Source: Balamuthia mandrillaris (Eukaryota). From it: a stretch of DNA of 64,000 bases. Each line of letters begins with the position of its first letter. Position 1 is the first letter of the stretch. A model generated the notes under the pieces. It ran no database searches, had not been told where the DNA came from, and was given only the letters and a program-made list of their open reading frames with translations. Location of the stretch: contig JAVKOQ020000090.1 in assembly GCA_031835245.2 (NCBI GenBank), positions 1 through 64,000 of the forward strand, written 5' to 3'. The position numbers and the translations under genes were made by a program. Below are positions 1-12,254 of this stretch, piece by piece.

Positions 1-80
1 TAACCCTAACCCTAACCCTGATCTGATCGAAATTTCCTTTAGCCCTAGACCTAACCTAGCTTTGCCCTAACCTTACCTAA
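1..80 (+). repeat. Telomeric repeat (CCCTAA)n plus degenerate copies; probable chromosome end
   Basis: The window begins TAACCCTAACCCTAACCC (TTAGGG on the - strand), followed by degenerate variants (CCCTAG, CCTAACCTAG, CCCTAACCTTACCTAA). Only 3 perfect units are visible. Confidence 0.7.
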
Positions 81-592
81 TGTTTTTCTTTTTTTTTTTT
101 TTTGTACGTCTCTCTTCTTTTCCATCTAGCCTTGTGGTGTTACTTTTTATTTATTGTTGATATATTACATATCTTCTTATTTATTGCAAGGCAGTTGAGC
201 CTTTTGGTCCTTGCTCACTGCACTTTCTCTTTAACCGTTAGTAAATACCTAGTAAATCTGAACAACAATGCTTTAGTTTGTTACTGAATATAATACGTAC
301 TTGAGTTTTATTTGCTTTGTTGTCCACTTGCTCATTCACTCACCTACTCACTCGCTCATTCGCTCAAAAGCTTTTTTATATAACTAATTCATTAGCAAAG
401 ACTTTGTCTTTTTCTACTTTCATCCATTCATTCCTACACAACTAACTTGTTTAAACTAAACATGAATACAAAGCAAACAAACCTTTCTTATTTTACTTTT
501 GTTGTCCTTGTTGTTCATGGTCGGTAATACTGTATATTCTTGTTTTTGAAATGATTGTTAATACTTAAAATCGAGAGAGCGTACTGCTAATA

Positions 593-726
593 TCAGAATG
601 ACGTTTGGACAATGCGGCATTAGTGCATAGCACTAAATTTGCAAAGCTCGGCATCGTGAAAGCCTCAGAACGTTTGGACAATGCGGCATTAGTGCATAGC
701 ACTAAATTTGCAAAGCTCGGCGTCGT
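593..726. repeat. Two-copy tandem repeat (~69-bp period) with internal palindromes
   Basis: ACGTTTGGACAATGCGGCATTAGTGCATAGCACTAAATTTGCAAAGCTCGGC occurs at 601 and 670. Each copy contains TTAGTGC-ATA-GCACTAA and TTTGCAAA. Confidence 0.9.
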
Positions 727-1942
727 AACAACATCTGACCCACAGTACTATTGGTGTTTATAGACTTAGTATTGTTTTTAACTCTTTGTTATCCCAAATA
801 AAAATGTCATATACCTTCATTCCTGAGAAAAACGACCAAAGTCAGAATCATCACGAGAAGTAATGGATTTGCTTCGCAGTTATTTTGGTCGTACCGTTAT
901 CACAGCTCGCTCACTTGCTAGTTCACTCGCACTTGATAAAAAAAAAGTCCAACATAGTCTATAATATAAAATAATTGCCATCGCAGGTCTTTTAATTACT
1001 CCATCTATTCCATTTATCCATCCATACATGTATGCGTGTATCAAAAGATGACAAGTGTAAAGTTAGAGGATTCTTTGTTTGCATATCAAGAATGAGAGGG
1101 CCAAAAACAAATACAACCGCTGTTATTCATGTTGCTCTTGCTTCAAAGAAGTATTACTTTCCATCTATTCAATCTTCTTGGTCCGTTGACACTTTAAAAG
1201 CTCTTCCCGAAGAGTCCTTGGCCTTTGATAGTCCAAGTTTTATCTATTTTGCTTTGTTAACAAAGCCATTATTTAGAAGTGAGCAAAAATACAAGCAAGT
1301 AAGCAAGCAAGCAAGTCCTTATGAAACAAAACAATAACAACAACAACAACAACAACAACAACAAGTCAATGTAGAATAAGCATGTCAGTCAATAGCTGAC
1401 AGAGCCAACCAACGAGTGAGTGAGTGAGTGAATGAGCAAGTGGATGAATGATCAAGTAATTGCCTGTTCCCTGAAGATAAACAAACAAAGCAAAGAGTAT
1501 GTTAGTTAGTTAGTAAGATAACCAGTCAATTTGTCCGTCTATCCATCCATCCATCCGTCCGTCCGTCCGTCCGTCCGTCCGTCCATCCGTCCATCAATCC
1601 ATCTGCCTGCCCACCATCTAGCCCACTATCCATCTGCTCCATTTTTATCTCATGCAGAGGCTGTCAGTTAGTTAAGTAAATAGAACAGCTATATAATTCA
1701 AATAAATAAATAATAATAATAATAAATAAATAATAATAAATAATAATAAATAAATAAATAAATAAATAATAAATAATAAATAACAATAATAATAACAATT
1801 AATGTCAATAATAACAATAAATTTGTTATAAATAAATAATAAGAATAACAATAACAATAATATTAATAACAATAACAAATAAATAACAACAACAACAATA
1901 ACAATAACAAATAAATAACAACAACAAATAACAACAACAAAT

Positions 1943-2025
<83 letters not shown>

Positions 2026-2299
2026 ATAAAAGAGGTGATTCCTTTGAAAATACAGTGCTGAGCAAGCCAATGCTTCTACTCGGGTTTAGTAGGTCAAAAA
2101 AGAGCTCAGCCATAACGAAAAAGGCAAGTAAATGAATGAGTGAGTAAGTGCATGCAATGAGTGAATAGAACGACAATAACAAAGAGAGTTTAAAAGAAAA
2201 GAAAAGAAAAGAAAAGAAAAGAAAAGAAAAGAAAAGAAAAGAAAAGAAAAGAAAAGAAGTATACCAAAAAAACAAGCAAAGCAAAAAAGAAAGATGAAC

Positions 2300-3965
2300 A
2301 GGCTAACAAGGCCGTGAAGAGCAGTGAGTACAGTCACAAAGGAAAACAAAGATCATGGAGAGCAGTGCGGCCAGTCACAAAGGAGAAGAAAGAAAGGTCG
2401 TGAAGAGCAGCACGGCCTCTAAGAAGAAAGGTCATGAAGGAAAAACCAAGGCCGTGAAGAGCAGTGAGTGCAGTCACAAAGGAAAACAAAGATCATGGAG
2501 AGCAGTGCGGCCAGTCACAAAGAAGAAGAAAGGTTGTGAAAAGCAGCATGGCCTCAAAGAAGAAAGGTCCTGAAGGAAAAACCAAGGCCGTGGAGAGCAG
2601 TAAGTGCAGTCACAAAGGAAAACAAAGGTCATGGAGAGCAGTACAGTCAGTCACAAAGGAGAAGAAAGGTCGTGAAGAGCAGCACGGCCTCAAAGAAGAA
2701 GAAAGGCCATCTATGAAAGAGAAGAAAAGCACAAAGGAGAAGAAAGGCTGTGAAGAGCAGTACAGCCACGAAGGAAAAGAAAGGCCGTGAAGAGCAGTGA
2801 GTGCAGCAGCCAGCCAGCCGCAAAGGAGAAGAAAGACAGCAAAGAGCAGCCAGTGTGGCCTCAAAGAAGGAGAAAAGCCAGCCAGCAAAGAGGGAAAACG
2901 GCTGTAACGAGCAGTGAGTGCAGTCATAAAGGAGAAGAAAGGCCATGAAAAGCAGCGTGACCTCAAAGAAGAAGAAAGGCCGTGAAGGGCCGTGCGGGCA
3001 CAACGGAGAAGGCCATGAAGAAAAAGAACAGCCAGCGCAACCAAAGAAGAAGAACGGCCATGAAGAGCAAAGCGGTCAGTCGGTCGGTCAGTCAGTCGGT
3101 CGGTCGGTCAGTCAGTCGGTCGGTCGGTCGGTCGGTCGTTCGGTCGGCCAGTCGGTCGGTCGGTCGGTCGGTCGGTCGGTCGGTCGGTCGGTCGGTCGGT
3201 CGGTCGGTCGGTCGCAAAGAAGAAGAAAGGCCGTGAAGGGCAGAGCAATTGCATGCAAAGAAGAAGAAAGGCCGTGATGGAGAAGAAAAGCCACGGAGAG
3301 CAGTGCAATTGCATGCAAAGGAGAAGAAAGGCTGTGAAAAAGAAGAAAGGCCATGGCCATGAAGAACAGTGTCATTACAAAGGGGAAGAAAGGTTGTGAA
3401 GAGCAGCAGTGCAGCCTCCGAGGAGAAGAAAGGCTGTGACGAGCAGTACAGCCACAAAGGGAGAAAAAGGCCGCGAAGAGCAGTGTGGCTGGCTGCGAAG
3501 AAGAAGAGAAGAGCAGTGCGGGGGCCTCAAAGGAGGGGAAAAGTCATGAAGGGAAAGAAAGGCTGTGAAGAACAGTGCAGTCCTAAAGGAGAAGAAAGGT
3601 GATGAAGAGGAAAAAGGCCGTGAAGAGCAGCGCAGCTTCCAAAAAGATGAAGAAAGGCTGTGAAGGGCTGTGCGGGATGGAGAAGGTCATGAAGAAAAAG
3701 AAAAGCCATTAAGAACAGTGCAACCACAAAGAAGAAGAAAGGCCATGAAGGGCAGAGTGGTTGGTCGGTTAGTCGGTCGGTTGGTCGGTCGGTCGGTCGG
3801 TTGGTCGGTCGCCAAGAAAAAGAAAGGCCGTGACGGCGGGGCCGAAAAGCCACAGAGAGCAGTTTGACCACAACAGAGAAGAAAGGCCATGAAGAACAGT
3901 GTGGCTACAAAGAGGAAGAAAGGTGTGACGTGTGGGTCATGAAGAGGGAGGAAGGCCGTGAAGGG
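2300..3965 (+). repeat. Degenerate purine-rich minisatellite (~40-45-bp unit, ~140-bp higher-order repeat) with (CGGT)n inserts
   Basis: Recurrent AAGGCCGTGAAGAGCAGTG...CACAAAGGAGAAGAA. Near-identical ~140-bp blocks start at ~2307, ~2447 and ~2583. (CGGT)n runs at ~3072-3213 and ~3760-3810. Confidence 0.85.
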
Positions 3966-4071
3966 TGAGTCCTCGTGCGATCCGTGCCACTTTTATCTTT
4001 CTTTTTTTTTTTTCGGCCTGCTGATTAATTTGTTTTCCCTTCCCTGTTACCCCCCTTCCCCCTTCCCCCTT

Positions 4072-4114
<43 letters not shown>

Positions 4115-4148
4115 GCCCGGTCGAAAACGGACCCGGAGAAAAAAGAAA

Positions 4149-4464
4149 ATGAAACGTAACAGAGGGGAACTGAAGGAACACTACCAAACGCTAGAGCGAC
4201 AGCTACGATGCCAGCAACAGCAGCAGCAGCAACAGCAGCAACAAGAGAAGGCAGAAAACAAGCGACTGAAGCGCGTACGGCTTCGACAAGCGAAAATGAA
4301 ACGCAGGCACGTCTTTTTAACAGTATTATTGTTGTTATGTTGTTGTTGTTGTTGTTGTTCTTCTTCTTCTTGTTCTTCTTGTTCTTGTTCTTGTTCTTGT
4401 TCTTGTTCTTCTTCTTCTTCTTCTTCTTCTTCTTCTTCTTCTTCTTCTTCTTCTTCTTCTTCTT

Positions 4465-4495
<31 letters not shown>

Positions 4496-5911
4496 TTGGT
4501 TACCATAGGTTGTTTGGTTAACTTTAGGTTTGCTTTCCGCTTTTTGCTCCTCCTTTGTTCATATTGGTGGCATTGTTCTATGCAACTTGACCGACTGTTG
4601 AATTGCAAACGTAGACGAGCAGGGATTCACCTCTCACCTCCATTACCAAAGATAAAGCTACCATTACTTAGTAGCGAGGAAAAGTTACAAGTCCTGTGGT
4701 CAGCACCTCTGACTTTGGAAGAAAGCCAACAATCTGGCCCCTTTTCTTCTTATCGCTTGCTGTCCGCAAAAGACCTGCTGGACTCTTTCCAGTTTGAGGC
4801 CGAAGCTAGTACCCACAGCTTAAAACGACTTTTTCCCTGCAGCAGCAGCGGTGGCAGCAGCGGCGGCGACAAAAACAAGATGAACTCAAAGGCAGCTTAC
4901 AAGTAATTTCTCTTTCTTCTTCTTTATGTTTGTTCTACTCAATGTGTTTTCTTTTTTTCCGTTCTCCTGGTTTGTTCATTGTTTTTTTTCTTTCTTTCTA
5001 TCTCTTCTTTTTCTTTTTCTTTTTCTTTTTCTTTTTTTTTTTTTTACTTTGCTTGCTCTCTTGCTCGCTCGCTCACTCGCTCGCTCACGTTTTTGATAAA
5101 CAGGTTAGCTTATATTTATGTTCCAGTGGATAAGCAACTTAAAGAATGGAAAGAAAGGCATTGTCTCTCCAACCAAGACCTTCACTTGATTATGACCTCT
5201 AGCGGTGGGAACTTGGGCAAAAGAAACAACATTGCCAGTGCAGGGAAGGCAGCTGGCGTGGGAAAGCGACCAGGCACGGACAAAGGATACTTTGGGCTGT
5301 CATATACCCTTGCTCCACGTGGTCCAATTTTTCAGGAATGGCTTTCAAAATGGTGGACGCAGCAACCCTTGCAGTTGAGAACTAGAAGAGAGGAACAAGA
5401 AGAAATGGAGAAAAAGGAAAAGGAAAGTGCAACCACAAAAATGATAACAACAAAGAAGACCATGGAAGAGAAAGAGGAGGAGGAAGAGGAAGCGGACGAG
5501 GACGAGGACGAGGACGAGGAAGAGGAAAAGGAAGAGAACAAGGAAGAAGAAGAGGAAGAGGAAGAGGATAAGGAAGAGGAAAAGGAAAAGGAAGAGGAAG
5601 AGTCAGAAGAAAAACAAAAAGAAAAGAAAAGAAGCACTAGACCTCACTATCACCACAAGGATTTTCCCTACAAGGAACTAAGGAACTTGGAAACTCTCCG
5701 CCCAGATCTCTACGCTTCTTTCGAGTCGTTGGCTTGCATTTTGGCCGCAATAATGCAACAGCACTGCCAAAGGGCTTCAAAGTATCGAAAGAAAACCCTG
5801 AAGAGGCTTTTTTCAACAACTGTAGGAGCATCAATGTCATCTTCATCTCCATTATCATTCTCTTCCTTTTCCTTCTTCCCCTCCTCTTCCTCTTCGTTGT
5901 CATCATCCTCG

Positions 5912-5965
<54 letters not shown>

Positions 5966-6631
5966 GCAGCACTGAAGGAAGGGATAAAGACATCAATAAA
6001 GTGGAAACGCTACCTAGAGGCCGTGGCCATCAGGATGGCCCACAGAGGTACTCTTCTAGGCCAAGGCTTTGCCACAAACCTTATTTTTAGTTGGAATTTT
6101 AGTTCAGCGCCACATGTGGATCCGCAAGATGATGCTAAGGGATTGGCCATTGTGGTTTGGTGGCGCGGTTGGGACCAAAGCAACCGCTGCCCCTACGGCA
6201 GTGATGATGGAAAGCATCGTGCAGCAGGAGAGGTATGGGCCTTTTTTTTCCCTCAATTCTATCGTGCAGTGCGCCTGCATGACCTGGCAACTATTATCTT
6301 CAATTCGGCTGAAGTGTGGCATGGTTCGATCTTTCAAAGAGCTCCGCATTGCACATGTTCAGTTTATGGCTCAATCTCCGCCTTGAACAAACGATTTTTG
6401 AGTGCAATGCACAAGAAAAAGAGCAATGATGACAGCCAGCAACAACAACAACTACCTCCATCACAACTACAACCACAACCACAACCACAACAGCAACAAC
6501 AAAAACAACCCCAACAACAACAACTCTCATCACCACTACTGCCACCACCACTATTGCAAGACTTAACACGATCCTTGTTTGAAATGGCCTCGTACTTTAG
6601 TGCCCCACGAACGACTACAACGACAAAATAA
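4149..6631 (+). CDS. TET/JBP-like 2-oxoglutarate/Fe(II) dioxygenase (3 exons: 4149-4306, 4528-4902, 5104-6631)
   Basis: The C-terminal region NFSSAPHVDPQDD...WAFFFPQFYRAVRLHDLATIIFNSAEVWHGS supplies the HxD (His 6113-6115) and distal His (6320-6322) iron triad in a context like fungal/protist TET/JBP enzymes. Both introns are phase-compatible: a GC-AG intron at 4307-4527 and a GT-AG intron at 4903-5103. Confidence 0.72.
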
Positions 6632-6662
6632 CAGTCAGCAGCAAGCAGATTAGAACAATTGT

Positions 6663-6984
<322 letters not shown>

Positions 6985-6989
6985 GATAT

Positions 6990-9900
6990 TTACAACACTA
7001 ATAAAGGATCCACAAAGTCATCTTCAGCTGTCCTTGAAATAATAACAACATCATCATTAGAATCTTCATCTTCATCTTCCTCTTCAACAACAGCACACTC
7101 CTTCTGTGTGGTCTTTCTTTGAACAGCTGCTCTTTTGCTCTGTTGTCCTTGTCGAAGTCGTCGTCGTCGTTGTTGTGATGATGAGTGTTTATTCCTCCTT
7201 CTTCTCGATTTTAGGGTTGTGGTCCTGCTTTGGTCGTTAGTTTGTCTGGTGGTGGTGGTTGATTGTTGTAGGCCATCCTTTTCCTCGTTTCCCACCCTCG
7301 TGACAGCAACCACAGCACTTCCTCCGCCACCATCCTCACCACAGGTTGAAGAAGTAACAGCCGCAGCCCCAGTCTTTCTTCGTTTTGCTTTGCGAAAACC
7401 AGTGTCGATCTGGTCGTTACCCTCTTGGCTGAAATCTAGAATGCCGATGCAAGGACCGCGAAGACGTTGTTTCGGTTCCATCATCAGCAGATTGTGTAGG
7501 TCCTGGCAATTGTTGCAGTTGTTGTTGTTGTTGTTGTTGTTGTTGTCATTGTTGTAGTGGTGATGATGATAAGGATCCTCCTCTTGTGCCTCTTCGTTGT
7601 TGCTCTCATGGTCGTTGGTGTCGTGGGTAAGAAGGTGACGATGATGGCGAGTAGCACGCCGCTTGTTGTGGGAGTTGGGCATCGAGTGTTGGCCGAGGCG
7701 AGCGAGCTCCTTTGGTAACTGCACCTGCTCCCATTCCACATCATCAACAGTGGTCCTGAGAGGGCGAGCATAGCCCGAAATCTCGAGGTCCCTTTGAAGT
7801 CCTGGGTAATCCCCTTTTGTCATCCCCATGGAGGCCTTCGTGGAACGAGACACTTCTTCATCGTCGTCATCGCCTTCGTTGCTGTCGCTGCTGCTGCTGT
7901 CCTCCTCAGGACTGCTGAAGGCTGCTGAGGAACCGCCACCGCCACTCCCACCGCCACCACCACCGTCGCCACCACCACCACTACCACAACAACGGATAAA
8001 CCAAGCATTTGTTTGGTCTAAAACGGACCTCACTCCTTGTTGCAAAAGCTCATCCACCAGCTGCTGTTGGGTTCTCCATGTTTCCTCAAACGTACTGTAG
8101 CGATTGTAGTTTTCGCGCATAACCATCTCTTGCACGTTCAACAAATCGGCCAGGGCACTCAACCATTTGGAGAATTCCTCGGTGTCCAGGCTACCTTTCT
8201 TGCGGAAAACATCGGTCAAGGTCATCCTTCGGTATTGAATTGGCGTGAGTCCAGCCACATAAGGATTGAAGTCTTGGCCCATCTGACGAACCTCTTGGCT
8301 GAACTGCTTGTACTCCATCGCTTGGCCCTTCCTGTTGATCCACAAAGCCCAAGGATTGAATGGATGTTCCTTGCGACTTTGTTGTCCGGAGGTGGCGCAG
8401 CAATGGTTGTTGCTGTTGTTGTGGTTGTTGCGGCGGTTGCCATGGGTCAGGTTGCGTAGCATCGTCGTGTCACCCTCAGCATGGTTGCTGTCCTCCTCCT
8501 CCTCCTCCTCCTCCTCCTCCTCCTCTTTCACAATCTTCTAGGCAGTGGTCCTCATCCGACATGGTATTCTCTTTATCTTCATCATCATCATCATTGTTGT
8601 CATGAGTGTCGTCGTTGTGTTTGTTGTAGTTATTGCCGTTATCTTCGACATCAGTATTGCCGTTGACAGTTGTTGTTAAGGGACGGTGATGATGAGGAGA
8701 ATGCAAGTGGCTGCTATCGAGTAACGAAGGACGAACCGTACTCAAAAAGTAATCCAACAAAGGTATAAAGCAGGATGGCAAAGGAATCTTATTTGTTTTG
8801 GTTCGAGTTTTTTTCTCTCGAGTGGAGATGATGTAAAGTATCACCTCTTCGTGGCGCTTGTGTGATGAAGCAGCACTAGCCTCAGCTTCAGTAGATAGGG
8901 AAGAGGATGCAGAAGAAGAAGAAGAAGAAGAAGAAGAAGAAGAAGAAGAAGAAGAAGAACAAGAAGAAGAAGCCGAAGATGATGATGATGATGATGACGA
9001 TGTTGAAGGCGAACCCACTTTTAAACGATCGAGTCGTAAACCAGCCACTACTTGTCGTCTCAAACCACCGCAAAAATTCATAAGCAATGTCATCAAACAA
9101 CGTTGAAAAAGCCTTGCTTCCTGTCGTTGAAACAGTAGTTTTTTGGTTTGTAGCCGTTGTCGTTTCTTTCGACGACGTTGCTGTCGCTGTTATAATTAAC
9201 AGAGCCACCATGAAGAAAAAGCAAAGTAAGAAAAGTAAGAAAAGTAGGACTCACTCACCACAAAAACAAACAAACGAAACAAACAAACAAATTATTGCCC
9301 TCCCTAAGCAATGTTTCCTCACCCTAATAAGACGGACAAACAGATAAAACAATAAAAATGGAATCTATCCATCTGTTCATTCTAACCAGCCAGCCAGCCA
9401 GCCAGCCAGATTACCAACCTTTCTTTTAATAGCCTTGCAGGTTAGAGCATGCATCTTGTTCAACATCCAGATGGCAAACACAGCCCTTTCTTCCGCAGTG
9501 ATAAACTTGCCGTTGTTGATCATATCCTTTTCATGGAAAATTTCACTTTGATAGCTGTGGTTTTCGTGCATAGCTTGATTTGCTACTTCTCGAATTAACT
9601 AACCACCAACCTTACATCAGTTATAGAAAGAAACGACAAGAAAGAAAGAAAGAAAGAAAGAAGAAAGAAACAACAACAAGAAATGACAAGAAAGAAACAA
9701 CTACAAAGAAAGAAAGAAAGAAACGACTAGAAAGAAATGACAAGAGAGAAAGAAAGAGACCAAAAGGAAATAGCTACATACGAGACGACAAAATACGATT
9801 TGCCGAACATAACCACGAAATTCAGGTTGGAATGACATCCACCACAGCACTCGTGCCAATATAGCCGCTTTGTTTCGTCGCGTCTTTGCCTGTCCCCAAC

Positions 9901-11869
9901 AGCAGTTTGCAAACTTAACCCAGATACGAACTCGCACACAATCATACAACATGCTAATATGTGGTTTCCATTCGCCACCGCTGCTGCCACCACCGTTGTT
10001 CCATTTTTGGTTGGTTGGTTGGTTGGTTGGTTGGTTGGTTGGTTGGTTGGTTGGTTGGTTGGTTGGTTGGTTGGTTGGTTGGTTGGTTGGTTGGTTGTAT
10101 TGAGATGTAGAGTTGATTGGTTAGTTCATTGGTGAGGTAACGAACAAATGAATAACGCTAATGATGCAAGAGTTGGTTGGTCCTCCAAGGCACTTACCTT
10201 TGTTTGCCACTGCAGCCATAAGTTACTTCGCATTCATAAATCAAACGATAAAACTGGGCCAATACGCTTTTGATATCGCTAGCTGTTTGGTCGCAACTGC
10301 CAAAAGTAACACTTTTTCTTTTTTCTTGGCTTTGTGTTTGAAGGATCCTTCGGGTTTCTGTATCCACACGGTTCTTTTTCAGAGCCGCTTCTTGCTTCAC
10401 GTAGCATGCTAGATATGGAACAAATGGAGCCACTTCCTTATTGAAATTCAGTCCCTTTGTGAGAAGAACAACAACAATAACAACAATCAATCACAGTTAG
10501 CTGAGAGTAACCAACCAACCAACCAACCAACCAACCAACCAACCAACCAACCAACCAACCAAGAAATGGTGAACAAAGAGGCGATGGAAAACAAAATAGG
10601 CCTTACCAAGAAACGGTTGTTGCGGTCTGTTCCTTTTTCTATCAAAGCCATAAGTAGCTGTTCCTTCTTTTTACTAGTGTAGATGGTAGAGAGTTTTGTA
10701 CTATCATCATCTTGAATTTCTTGTTGTTGTTGTTGTTGTTCTGCTTCTTCTGCTTCTTCTTCTTCTTCTTCTTCTTCTTCTTCTTCTTCTTCTTCTTCTT
10801 CTTCTTCTTCTTCTTCTTCTGTTTCTTCTTCTTCTTCTGTTGCTTCTTTATGTACGTCTTCTTTGTTTTGTGCTTTTTCATCTACTTCTTCTGCTTCTGT
10901 TGTTGCTTCATCGTTTTCTTCATCTTTCCGTTTTCTTACTTCCAATTCCTTGCTGCTGCTGCTGCTGCTGCACTTCCACATGTTGTTCTCAGCAGCGCGA
11001 GCATTCTTTCTGGCATCATCCTCAATTTCTGAAGAAGCATTCGAAGACTTCAACAAGAATAGATCATCCTCCTCTTCTTCAAGAATGTCCGTCACCTCAT
11101 CATGGTTTACTGCTGCTGTTGCTTGTTCTGCTGCTGTTGCTGAGAGAAAAGAAGAGGAGGGAAAAGAAGAAAAGAGGAAGGATGATAATGGTGATGCAGT
11201 GAATGTTTCCATGGTCTCCATCGACATTATCGATGGATCAACCGCACCACTTGAGGCCACAGTCAAGGGAGTTACTGTTTGTGTTGTTGTTGTTGTTGAA
11301 GAGAAAGAAGGTTCCAAGTAGTCGCCAAGGAACTGGTGCATTGAAGATGATGCGTATGAGGAAAAGGGATGTTGTTGTTGTTGTCGTTGGAGCTGCACCT
11401 GTTGTAGTTGTTTGGGTTATTGTATGTTAGTATGAACAATAAAAGCAGCACTTATACAGAGTGTTTTGATGGATGGATGGATGGATGGATATGGATGGAT
11501 GGATGGATGGATATGGATGAATGGATGGATGGAGGGAGTGAGTGAGTGAGTAAGGGAAGAGAAAGAAAGGCAAGGTAGGCTACTCGCAATCAAAGTTCTT
11601 GTGCTTACCTGTGAGTTGTCCTCAAAGGCCATTTTCACCTCATTTTCACCAACTGCAGGGCTTGTAGTTGTCGTTGTTTGAGTTCGTTGTTGTTTTCGTT
11701 GCTTACGACGTAGTCTTCTTGCCTTTCTTCTCTGAAGTCGGTTGTGATAACGACAACAACGAACAACTGTTTGCTCTTTGTCCATCACACAGCAACACTT
11801 TCCATTGTTGTTGTTGTTGTTGTTGTTGCTGTTATGATCCCTGTAGAACTGTTCTTCTTCTTTTTCCAT
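6990..11869 (-). CDS. Tyrosine recombinase / integrase-like protein, multi-exon, with a frame change near 8530-8560 (start uncertain)
   Basis: Box [23 protein letters not shown] (~9040-9096); catalytic Lys region [24 protein letters not shown]; HxxR-equivalent [12 protein letters not shown] (~8226-8243); LADLLNV...RENYNRY with the candidate nucleophile Tyr at 8106-8108. Upstream exons are joined by phase-compatible GT-AG introns (11608-11399, 10606-10455) and include [17 protein letters not shown], which resembles a core-binding domain. Confidence 0.78.
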
Positions 11870-12254
11870 TTCTGCTCGCTTCTTTACTTGCCCTTGCACT
11901 TACTCACTTGCAGGCTTGCTTTCTTTTCTTTCTTTTCTTTCTTTTTTGTGTCTTCCATCCCATCTTCGTCACCTGTTCGCTCTTCTCTTCACCCATCAAT
12001 TTTCTTCTATTTTCACCAATGTTTTTTTTTTCATTAATTATTTCTATTAAATCTATCTTCTCATTGGATGGCTTTTGGTGATGGTTGTTTTTTGGTCTTT
12101 GTTTCCGTTTTGTTGTAGTTTTTTTTGAGCTACGTACGTACGACAAAAAAAAACAGTTTTGCTGTTCGCTGCAATAGTAAGAACAACACAGCACAGCAAA
12201 GGCAAACAAAAGTAGTGAGAACGAACTTGTTTGCTTGCTTCTTGGCTTGCAACA

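Noticed and set aside
1672..2349. Poly-L/V/F ORFs here and similar ones at 6659-7122, 32339-32717, 42150-42858 and 61210-61985
   Set aside because: These are translations of microsatellites ((AAC)n, (TTG)n, (CTTCCT)n, (TTTCC)n, (AAAG)n) in introns or intergenic DNA.
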